Assembly (NCBI RefSeq): GCF_003334385.1
Contig: NZ_QOWN01000076.1
Strand: one strand, 5' to 3'
Length of the DNA: 6,564 bases
Origin: Escherichia coli
GTDB taxonomy: Bacteria; Pseudomonadota; Gammaproteobacteria; Enterobacterales; Enterobacteriaceae
Shown in pieces: positions 1 through 6,225 of the stretch. Each line of letters begins with the position of its first letter. Within the stretch, counting starts at the first letter, position 1. A model generated the notes under the pieces. The model was given only the letters and a program-made list of their open reading frames with translations, was not told the origin of the DNA and did no database searches. The position numbers were made by a program, and so were the translations under genes.

Positions 1-242
1 AACGCGAGGCATCGTCTTAACGAGGCACCGAGGCGTCGCATTCTTCAGATGGTTCAACCCTTAAGTTAGCGCTTATGGGACACACAGATTCATTTTGTCT
101 TTCTTCAGCAGCAAAATACACTGCGGTTATTATTTAACCATTAAATCAACAAAAAATTTTACCTCATATTGATTTGACTGCTATTTTTGCTATTAATAGC
201 CAGAATTGCAGTGCTTTTATATCTGTGTATAGTGAGGTTACT

Positions 243-1727
243 ATGTCATTCGGTCAGCCTTGTGATGAGTTTCCCCTGAGTTCGCTGCCTCCACTCATTC
301 GTGATGCCGTTATTGAAGCTCAGCAAATTACGCAGGCTCCCCTTGGGCTTGTGGCAGCGTCTGCCCTGGGCGCTGTTTCACTTGTCTGCCAGAATCTGAT
401 TGATGTCTGCAGACTGAATACACTGCGGGGGCCGGTCTCTCTTTTTTTCCTGACGCTTGCCGAGTCCGGAGAACGAAAAACCGCAGTGGACAAATTATTA
501 ATGAAGCCCCTGTACCAGCAGGAGATGCAGTTATATTCCAGATACAAAAGTGAACTGGCTGTCTGGAAAAACAAGGAAGAGCTTTTAAAGGCTCAGAAAA
601 AAGCATTGTTGTCAAAACTGAATAAAGAACTCCGCAAAGGCGCGGATGAGTCAGAAACCCTCAGACAACTGGAAGTACTTCAGAAAAACAGTGCGGAAGA
701 ACCTGTGAGGTATAAATTCATTTTTAATGATGCCACGACTGCGGCAATTAAGAATCAGCTTTGTGGTAAATGGCGTTCAGTTGGTATTATGTCAGATGAA
801 GCCGGTATTATATTTGATGGATATACCCTGTCTGAGTTGCCTTTTATTAACAAAATGTGGGATGGCTCTGTATTGTCTGTGGACAGAAAGAATGAACCCG
901 AACAGATGATTGAAAATGCCAGAATGACGTTATCCCTCATGGTGCAACCCGGTCTTTTTGACCGATATATGGAGCGAAAAGGTTCTGTTGCCAGGGACAG
1001 TGGTTTTCTTGCCCGTTGTCTTATCAGTAAACCTGCAACCACGCAGGGGAAACGCTTTATTAACGGAGCTGTGATTCCGGGAGGATCATTAACGGCATTT
1101 CATGAACGATTAATGGAACTGGCCAGAGGCAGTATTGAAAAATCCAGTGAGGATGAACGGTATTGTCTGCATTTTTCGCCTGAAGCGCAAAAAATATTTA
1201 TTGAGCACTATAATGTTCTGGAGCAGGATTTATCCCCTTCCGGACCCTTAAGCCCGTTTCGGGGACATGTTTCAAAAAAAACAGAAAACATTGCAAGAAT
1301 TGCAGCGTTATTTCAGTATTTCAGCTATGGTGAAGGGAAAATCTCTGCCGATATCATGACGTCTGCTGTCGTAATAAGTTCGTGGTACACAGATGAATAT
1401 AAAAAATTATTTGCGTTACCTGATGAATCTGAACTGCAGCAGAAGGACGCCGAGGAGCTGTTCGACTGGCTCATTGAGGAGTGCCGCGGAGAATGCCCGC
1501 CCCGTGTCAGGAAAAATTATATTCTCCAGTGTGGCCCGGGCCGGTTCAGAAACAGGAAAAAACTGAACGCATTGCTGAACATTCTTGAATCTCAGTTCAG
1601 GCTTTCTGTCGTGCCGGAAGGAAAAACCATGTATGTTCTGCTTCCCCAGATAGCCAGTTTAAAGTTGTCTGATGTCTCTGGTATTTTTACCTCGGGTTAT
1701 CACTACAATAAGCTGAGAGCGAAGTAA
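243..1727 (+). CDS. DUF3987-domain protein, YfjI-like (family associated with replication/primase modules of integrative elements and satellites)
   Basis: Long ORF 174..1727 in the track. TTG at 174 has no Shine-Dalgarno; ATG at 243 is preceded by GAGG (234..237) with a 5-nt spacer, so 243 is the preferred start (494 aa). The N-terminus reads EFPLSSLPPLIRDAVIEAQQITQAPLGLVAASALGAVSL, which matches my recollection of the DUF3987 N-terminal signature (F-P-x-x-x-L-P-x-x-L-R-D ... Q-x-P ... small-residue helix). No overlapping ORF is comparably long. Family assignment is from memory, not a search. Confidence 0.7.
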   Translation: MSFGQPCDEFPLSSLPPLIRDAVIEAQQITQAPLGLVAASALGAVSLVCQNLIDVCRLNTLRGPVSLFFLTLAESGERKTAVDKLLMKPLYQQEMQLYSRYKSELAVWKNKEELLKAQKKALLSKLNKELRKGADESETLRQLEVLQKNSAEEPVRYKFIFNDATTAAIKNQLCGKWRSVGIMSDEAGIIFDGYTLSELPFINKMWDGSVLSVDRKNEPEQMIENARMTLSLMVQPGLFDRYMERKGSVARDSGFLARCLISKPATTQGKRFINGAVIPGGSLTAFHERLMELARGSIEKSSEDERYCLHFSPEAQKIFIEHYNVLEQDLSPSGPLSPFRGHVSKKTENIARIAALFQYFSYGEGKISADIMTSAVVISSWYTDEYKKLFALPDESELQQKDAEELFDWLIEECRGECPPRVRKNYILQCGPGRFRNRKKLNALLNILESQFRLSVVPEGKTMYVLLPQIASLKLSDVSGIFTSGYHYNKLRAK

Positions 1728-1786
1728 CCGGTGAGCAGTTTTTCTCCATTATGCTTCAGACTTAGATGATTGATTATTATGGGGAT

Positions 1787-1826
1787 TTCATCACCGATAT
1801 TCAGATGTATGAATATCGGTGATGAA
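1787..1826. repeat. Perfect 17-bp inverted repeat (TTCATCACCGATATTCA / TGAATATCGGTGATGAA) with 6-nt spacer, in the convergent intergenic region
   Basis: Read directly: arms 1787..1803 and 1810..1826 are exact reverse complements, spacer GATGTA. It sits 60 nt after the stop of the 243..1727 gene. No T-run follows on either strand, so it is not a canonical intrinsic terminator. A third copy of the half-site GGTGATGAA occurs at 1850..1858. Confidence 0.85.
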
Positions 1827-2048
1827 CTAAAGCTCAGGAGCTGCATGGTGGTGATGAATCAACAGGCATATAACTGATACCCGCCGGTCAGAAGTTCCAG
1901 CCTGCGACTTTCCTGTCTGCGTGCCCGCAGTCCGGCGTTCAGGTGCAGCGTGTGACAGAACGCACGGAGAGCGAAACGGCAGGCAGACAGGCCGTTCAGT
2001 CAGCCCTGGCACCCTGCCCGGATACCAGCTTCCCTGAAACAACTGGCA

Positions 2049-2651
2049 TCAGGTGCGCTTATCGTCAACCGTTGTGCGGTATGACAGGAGCACGTACTGA
2101 TCCATCAGATCCGTCAGTGCTGCGCTCTGCTTCTGACGGTTGATGATCCATTCCTCCAGCTCTTTTTCTGATTTCCGTTTCAGATTCTCCGTCCAGTCGT
2201 CAAGGCAGTTTCCGGTCATTAAATCAAGCCAGCAAAGCCAGACTAGTTTGAGGCGCAACTCCGTGCCACCAAACTGACGGAAGAGGCTGATCAGTTTATT
2301 TGCCAGAGAACGCTGCCTCAGACGTTCACATTCAGACAGGAGAATGCCTTCCAGCATCGGATGATGAACCAGCAGATGTTCACTGGTGCATAAATTCACT
2401 ATCAGATCATCATCCAGGGGCGGTGTGGCCCGTTTGTCAGGGCCATAAATCAGCCGGTGCAGGCTCTGGGGTACGATGGCAATCTCCGGTTTTTCACCAT
2501 TGAATGACACCCAACCGGGCGTCAGATTATGGAAGTAGTAGATATTCGGATGACACACGCCCCAGGATACGGCGTGCCGGGTGAAGCCGGTCAGCCATTT
2601 CTGGTAGCTTTCGTGGAGCCATTCGTAGCGGGTCTGATACTGTTGTTTCAT
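2049..2651 (-). CDS. Hypothetical protein (about 200 aa), unrecognised family, co-directional and downstream of alpA
   Basis: ORF 2049..2666 on the minus strand. The annotated first codon is GTG; GAGG (complement of 2661..2664) lies 9 nt upstream of the ATG at 2651 and 3 nt upstream of the ATG at 2657, so I prefer 2651 (2657 possible). It starts 94 nt downstream of the alpA stop on the same strand, suggesting an operon. The protein has mixed composition with no low-complexity runs (e.g. GWVSFNGEKPEIAIVPQSLHRLIYGPDKR, LEEWIINRQKQSAALTDLMDQ). I do not recognise the family. Confidence 0.55.
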   Translation of the reverse strand: MKQQYQTRYEWLHESYQKWLTGFTRHAVSWGVCHPNIYYFHNLTPGWVSFNGEKPEIAIVPQSLHRLIYGPDKRATPPLDDDLIVNLCTSEHLLVHHPMLEGILLSECERLRQRSLANKLISLFRQFGGTELRLKLVWLCWLDLMTGNCLDDWTENLKRKSEKELEEWIINRQKQSAALTDLMDQYVLLSYRTTVDDKRT

Positions 2652-2745
2652 TTTCATATTCCTCACGGGGATATAACAGGCAGCAGAATGCCGCCGGCAG
2701 GCCGGAGATTACGTCTGCTGCGGGTGAACGGATAACGGTCAGAAA

Positions 2746-2952
2746 TTACGGACGGGACTGTGCAATACGCGCCTGCAGCCAGGCTTCCACTTCACTTTTC
2801 AGCCAGCGGGAGCTGCGCTCCATTTTGATGGGGGCAGGAAAGCCCCCATCTTTGATGAGTTTGTAAAACCACTTATCGGTTAAGCCGGTAAGTTGAGTGA
2901 TAAACGCCATGTCGACCATCTGGTCATCCATCAGCGAAACAGGGGTAGCCAT
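2746..2952 (-). CDS. alpA: AlpA-family (phage/integrative-element) transcriptional regulator / excisionase-like HTH protein, 68 aa
   Basis: The C-terminal 68 aa of ORF 2746..3186 read MATPVSLMDDQMVDMAFITQLTGLTDKWFYKLIKDGGFPAPIKMERSSRWLKSEVEAWLQARIAQSRP. The ATG at 2950..2952 (complement) is preceded by GGAGG (complement of about 2960..2964). The small size, helix-turn-helix-like core and the motif W-x-x-S-E-V-E-A-W-L resemble the E. coli AlpA C-terminus (W-I-E-A-E-I-D-E-W-L) as I recall it. The 78-codon upstream extension is Pro/Arg/Ser-rich and not protein-like. Confidence 0.75.
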   Translation of the reverse strand: MATPVSLMDDQMVDMAFITQLTGLTDKWFYKLIKDGGFPAPIKMERSSRWLKSEVEAWLQARIAQSRP

Positions 2953-3238
2953 GAGAATGTTCCTCCGGATGTTGTTAAACCAGCCGGTGTGGTCATGAAA
3001 ACAGCGCGCCACCTTCACTGGCATAACAACCGGGGAGAAACGTAAAAAATAATCGGGAATGTGGCTGTCCGGAGATAAACGGGGGGGATTGCGATGGCAG
3101 AGCCGTAGCGGAATCCCGGGTGGTTGTTGCGAAAAGATGCTTCCGCACGCACGCGCGATAAAGGAGGGAGGACTTTCGTGAGACAAGGGGAAAACTAGCG
3201 TTCTGATAATTGCAGAGTTGTTTTCGGAGGTGGTTACA

Positions 3239-3358
3239 GTGAGTCAGCCCGTTCCTGGCGAGGAGGAGACTGATATCACCGATGGGATAAGGCTGTCTGA
3301 TTGGTATTATAAATATAAGAAGTCATCAGAGAGTAACGTAAAGGATTTGCCAGAGTAA
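3239..3358 (+). CDS. Candidate small ORF (39 aa, MSQPVPGEEETDITDGIRLSDWYYKYKKSSESNVKDLPE), divergent from alpA; speculative
   Basis: GTG at 3239 with GGAGG (3226..3230) 8 nt upstream, in-frame stop TAA at 3356..3358. It is below the ORF-track size cutoff. No homology is recognised, and a short ORF next to a good SD can arise by chance. Confidence 0.2.
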   Translation: MSQPVPGEEETDITDGIRLSDWYYKYKKSSESNVKDLPE

Positions 3359-3399
3359 GCTAAGAGAGTAAATCTCTCCGGTAACAGAGCGCTGTGAAT

Positions 3400-3431
3400 C
3401 GTTCATGTATCAGAGTGCAAATACATGAACG
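3400..3431. repeat. 11-bp inverted repeat (CGTTCATGTAT / ATACATGAACG) with 10-nt spacer; candidate operator or RNA hairpin
   Basis: Read directly: 3400..3410 and 3421..3431 are exact reverse complements. There is no adjacent T-run on either strand. The arm sequence ATACATGAAC recurs at 4156..4165. Confidence 0.8.
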
Positions 3432-4155
3432 CTGATGCGTAAAATCAGCAGTGACACGCCAGCTCCCCCTGTGCCCATTCCTGTATAAGACATGAACTGA
3501 GCGTATTAATGCTCCTGCTCTGAGACTGAGCCGGTGAGTGAGGGGCTGAGAAATCCCTCTTGACACAGCTCTAAACCAGAAATACTTCCCCGGTTGTTGC
3601 GGTGCGTCCGGATCCCCGATAACGGAACACTAAGGCTGTATTGCGGGACACCGGGTAAGTGGCAGCCTGTAATGTGTTCTGTCAACGCCAGAAAAAATGA
3701 TTTTTCACACGCGTTATAGACTCACTCCTGTGGACCTGGAAGCCCGTAACTCTGCGGTTGCCCACCGACTGACGGAACTGACCGCAAACTTTACGATCGT
3801 GTTCCTGCTTCCTTCTGGTCACCTGAACTTTTAGCCAGCGCTACGATAAGTCCGGTGTTATCTGCACCGGAGGACCGGGAACATTAAGCGGTATAGCGAC
3901 AACAAAGAATTCGAAATCAAAAGGGAATGGTGCCGGAGGCGTGGGCGGTAATAGGCTGATTTTCAGGTATTACCGGCTTACAACGTGTGGTTGATATTGA
4001 GGGGCTGTGAGTTTCGCGTATTTGTCAGAAACCCAGATGAGTTTTCCTTTATGGGACGAAATAAGGCAGCGGCAATACCTGGAAAAATTTAATATGGTAT
4101 GAAGGAGAACCTGTCGGTTACGCTTAATATACACGGTACACTGTCAGCTCAGGGG

Positions 4156-4165
4156 ATACATGAAC
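4156..4165. repeat. Additional direct copy of the 10-mer ATACATGAAC (same as 3421..3430), just downstream of the zinc-ribbon gene stop
   Basis: Exact 10-mer match read from the sequence. A related 8-mer ACATGAAC is at 3490..3497. Chance recurrence of a given 10-mer in 6.5 kb is unlikely but not negligible. Confidence 0.5.
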
Positions 4166-4172
4166 CGTTATC

Positions 4173-4373
4173 TCACCAGCTACACAGTATACACACACTG
4201 ACGCTGACAGTAGTCAGCAGGACCACAATAATCAGCGCCAGCAGTATGGTAACGATACGGTCTGTATTCCGGTAGTAGCCGAAGGGGTCGACAGAACCAC
4301 AATACGGGCAACACACTGTATTATGAGTAATCGCGTTTCCACAGTCCCTGCACTTCTTTTTGCGTATCACCAT
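4173..4373 (-). CDS. Small zinc-ribbon protein with C-terminal transmembrane helix (66 aa)
   Basis: ORF 4173..4376 on the minus strand. The preferred start is the ATG at 4371..4373 (complement), with GAGGAGGGAG immediately upstream (AGGAGG about 5 nt before the ATG). The protein has two CxxC-type pairs (CRDCG ... CCPYCG) followed by a hydrophobic stretch IVTILLALIIVVLLTTVSVSVCILC. It is divergent from the YagK-like gene across a 200-bp AT-rich intergenic region. Confidence 0.5.
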   Translation of the reverse strand: MVIRKKKCRDCGNAITHNTVCCPYCGSVDPFGYYRNTDRIVTILLALIIVVLLTTVSVSVCILCSW

Positions 4374-4545
4374 CACTCCCTCCTCACAGCCTTACCCGTA
4401 ACCGATTTTTTACATTAAAAAAACAACGCTGAAAATTCAACCGTCAGTCCGGAGACGACCGTTCGGGTTATCACAGAGTGCCTGAGACAGTGTCCTGCCG
4501 GAGGTCACCTCAGGGGCTCTGCGCATTTTTTACGACGTGGTTATT

Positions 4546-4562
4546 CCGTATGAACCATACGG
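4546..4562. promoter_or_regulatory. 17-bp perfect palindrome CCGTATGAACCATACGG overlapping the Shine-Dalgarno of the YagK/YfjJ-like gene
   Basis: Read directly: 4546..4552 (CCGTATG) and 4556..4562 (CATACGG) are reverse complements with a 3-nt centre. The right arm overlaps GGAG (4561..4564), which is the SD for the ATG at 4573. It could be a dimeric-regulator site or an RNA hairpin occluding the RBS. Confidence 0.4.
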
Positions 4563-4572
4563 AGATTTAACC

Positions 4573-5142
4573 ATGACCTACAAATACAACCCCTTCTGGC
4601 AGCAACGTATTCGTGAGACGGTGCGGCACGCACTGAATGTTCATCCCCGCCTGACGGCATTGCGGGTTGACCTGCGTCTCCCGGATGTACCGGCAGCAAC
4701 GGACGCAGCTGTGATATCCCGCTTCATCAATGCCCTGAAAGCCCGAATCGACGCTTACCAGAAACGTAAGCATCGGGAAGGTAAACGCGTGCATCCCACA
4801 ACCCTGCATTACGTCTGGGCCCGGGAGTTTGGGGAGTGCAAAGGTAAAAAACACTATCACCTGATGCTGCTGGTCAACCGGGATACCTGGTGTCGTGCCG
4901 GTGATTACCGCGCTCCGGAGTCTCTGGCCGGGATGATTAAACAGGCGTGGTGCAGTGCCCTGGGAGTGGATGTCGGGTGCCATGCCACGCTGGTGCATTT
5001 TCCGGCCTGGCCGGCGGTGTGGCTGGCGCGTAATGATGACACCGGCTTTCAGCAAGTGCTGGAACGTGCTGACTATCTGGCGAAGGAGCATACCAAAGCT
5101 CACTGCACCGGTGAGCGCAATTTTGGCTGTAGCCGGAGTTGA
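4573..5142 (+). CDS. YagK/YfjJ-family (inovirus Gp2-like) protein with HUH-like and YxxK-like motifs, 189 aa
   Basis: ORF 4537..5142 begins with GTG; the ATG at 4573 has GGAG (4561..4564) 8 nt upstream, so 4573 is preferred. The N-terminus YKYNPFWQQRIRETVRHALNVHPRLTALRVDLRLP matches my recollection of the YagK/YfjJ family. HYH followed by LMLLVN (HYH at 4852..4860) is an HUH-type motif, and YLAK lies near the C-terminus. The long antisense ORF 4567..5436 is rejected as GC-driven. Confidence 0.7.
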   Translation: MTYKYNPFWQQRIRETVRHALNVHPRLTALRVDLRLPDVPAATDAAVISRFINALKARIDAYQKRKHREGKRVHPTTLHYVWAREFGECKGKKHYHLMLLVNRDTWCRAGDYRAPESLAGMIKQAWCSALGVDVGCHATLVHFPAWPAVWLARNDDTGFQQVLERADYLAKEHTKAHCTGERNFGCSRS

Positions 5143-5219
5143 GCACGACTGGCGCGCCAATATCCGGCAAACCAAAAGTATGGGTTGTTGTCTGGCGGCA
5201 ACGATGTATCCACTCGCCC

Positions 5220-5243
5220 ACTGACTGTTTTTTACGTCAGTGT
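5220..5243 (+). other. Possible hairpin (CACTGAC / GTCAGTG, 7-bp stem, 10-nt T-rich loop) in the intergenic region after the YagK-like gene
   Basis: Read directly. The T-run is inside the loop rather than after the stem, so terminator function is uncertain. Confidence 0.25.
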
Positions 5244-5395
5244 TCCATTGTGTGACAACCACAGTGCTGTAACAGCAACCAGCCTGCTTTACCCAAACTC
5301 CAGTCCAGATTTTAACTGAACCGCCATTCACACCCTGACCACGCTGCCCGTACCGGGACGGCTGTTGCCTGCGTGTCGTCTGGCGGCTGAGGTAT

Positions 5396-5803
5396 ATGAC
5401 TATGTACGCAAAATCCTTTATCGCTCTTGATGGCAACGGACGTCTGACGGGCGCCCGTACTGCACAGGCCGCACCTTATGCTAACTACACCTGCCACTTG
5501 TGTGGCAGTGCACTCAGATACCATCCGCAATACGAAACTGAACTTCCCTGGTTTGAACACACTGACGACAGGCTGACAGAGCACGGTCAACAGTGCCCTT
5601 ATGTCAGGCCGGAGCGCAGAGAAATACAGTTGATTAAACGTCTGCAGCAATTCGTACCGGATGCCTTACCCGTGGTGCGTAAAGCCAGCTGGCACTGCAG
5701 ACAATGTCACCACGATTATTATGGGGAGCAGTACTGCACACACTGCCAGACCGGAGGATTCAGTATTCCCCGGACAACTCAGGAGGAAATATGCGAATTC
5801 TGA
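5396..5803 (+). CDS. Cys-rich putative zinc-binding protein, paralog A (135 aa), unrecognised family
   Basis: ORF 5396..5803. GAGG (5389..5392) precedes the ATG at 5396 by 3 nt and the ATG at 5402 by 9 nt, so the start is one of the two. It contains CHLCG ... PWFEH ... W-H-C-R-Q-C-H-H-D-Y-Y-G-E-Q-Y-C-T-H-C-Q-T-G, and aligns along its length with the downstream protein. Confidence 0.6.
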   Translation: MTMYAKSFIALDGNGRLTGARTAQAAPYANYTCHLCGSALRYHPQYETELPWFEHTDDRLTEHGQQCPYVRPERREIQLIKRLQQFVPDALPVVRKASWHCRQCHHDYYGEQYCTHCQTGGFSIPRTTQEEICEF

Positions 5804-6225
5804 ACTGTTATATGGCGAATGACAGCAAAGGCCATTTTGTTACGGCGAAAGAAGCTGCGAAGCACAACCGACAGGACGTTTTGTGCTGTGTGTCCTGTGG
5901 ATGCCCGTTAACACTTCAGCGGGGCAATGACGGACAACCACCGTGGTTTGAACATGACCAGATGACTGTCGCTGAAAAAATCCTGCTGCGATGTACCTGG
6001 CTTGACCCGGCAGAGAAAGAGGCCCGTCGTTTGCATCTGCAGGGCATGACGGTTCCGGATTATACGGTGAAGGTGAGAAAGTGGTTTTGTGTGATGTGTG
6101 ACGAAGATTATGAGGGGGAAAAGTGCTGCCCACGCTGCGGTACCGGGGTATACAGCAGGGCGTGGGGGCGGCAGGAGGTGCCGTCGGAAGATGCCAGGGC
6201 TGATAATCCGTTACAGAGGCTGTAA
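5791..6225 (+). CDS. Cys-rich putative zinc-binding protein, paralog B (144 aa), translationally coupled to paralog A
   Basis: The ATG at 5791 has a strong AGGAGG (5781..5786) 4 nt upstream and overlaps the last 13 nt of paralog A (stop 5801..5803). The ORF-track start at 5704 is an unsupported extension. It contains CCVSCGC ... PPWFEH ... W-F-C-V-M-C-D-E-D-Y-E-G-E-K-C-C-P-R-C-G-T-G. Confidence 0.6.
   Translation: MRILNCYMANDSKGHFVTAKEAAKHNRQDVLCCVSCGCPLTLQRGNDGQPPWFEHDQMTVAEKILLRCTWLDPAEKEARRLHLQGMTVPDYTVKVRKWFCVMCDEDYEGEKCCPRCGTGVYSRAWGRQEVPSEDARADNPLQRL

Noticed and set aside
174-242. TTG start at 174 for the DUF3987 gene
   Set aside because: There is no SD upstream of 174, and the in-frame ATG at 243 has GAGG with a 5-nt spacer. 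A candidate -35 TTGACT at 174..179 suggests this stretch is promoter or 5' UTR rather than coding.
320-1042. Short ORFs inside the DUF3987 gene (320..574 -, 328..615 -, 727..909 +, 755..1042 -)
   Set aside because: They are fully nested in or antisense to a longer ORF with family-like sequence, and have no RBS or protein-like composition.
1787-1826. Calling the 17-bp palindrome a Rho-independent terminator
   Set aside because: No U-run follows the stem on either strand, so it is annotated as a repeat and possible regulatory site.
1827-2143. ORFs 1827..2042 (-) and 1943..2143 (+) in the convergent intergenic region
   Set aside because: They overlap each other, have Arg/Ser/Pro/Thr-rich translations and no RBS; the second runs into the 3' end of the 200-aa gene.
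2300-2735. Plus-strand ORFs 2300..2503 and 2529..2735 antisense to the 200-aa gene and the alpA intergenic region
   Set aside because: They are antisense to a better-supported gene with no start signals.
2953-3186. N-terminal extension of the alpA ORF to 146 aa
   Set aside because: The extra 78 residues are Pro/Arg/Ser-rich and lack an RBS, while the internal ATG at 2952 has GGAGG upstream and yields the typical 68-aa AlpA size.
3360-3566. 68-aa minus-strand ORF spanning the ATACATGAAC inverted repeat
   Set aside because: The translation is Arg/Ser/His-rich and low-complexity, there is no RBS, and it spans a palindromic, likely regulatory, sequence.
4937-5224. ORFs 4937..5221 (-) and 4955..5224 (+) overlapping the 3' end of the YagK-like gene
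   Set aside because: They are out-of-frame or antisense overlaps of a supported CDS with Pro/Arg/Trp-rich composition.
4567-5436. 289-aa minus-strand ORF antisense to the YagK/YfjJ-like gene
   Set aside because: It lies opposite a gene with a good RBS and recognisable motifs. The translation is Gly/Arg/Gln/Thr-rich and not protein-like, there is no SD, and long antisense ORFs are expected in GC-rich coding DNA.
5704-5790. Upstream extension of paralog B to the ATG at 5704
   Set aside because: It would overlap paralog A by 100 nt in another frame, whereas the ATG at 5791 has a consensus AGGAGG at optimal spacing.
5312-6133. Minus-strand ORFs 5312..5650 and 5840..6133 antisense to the Cys-rich paralogs
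   Set aside because: They are antisense to genes supported by RBS, coupling and paralogy.
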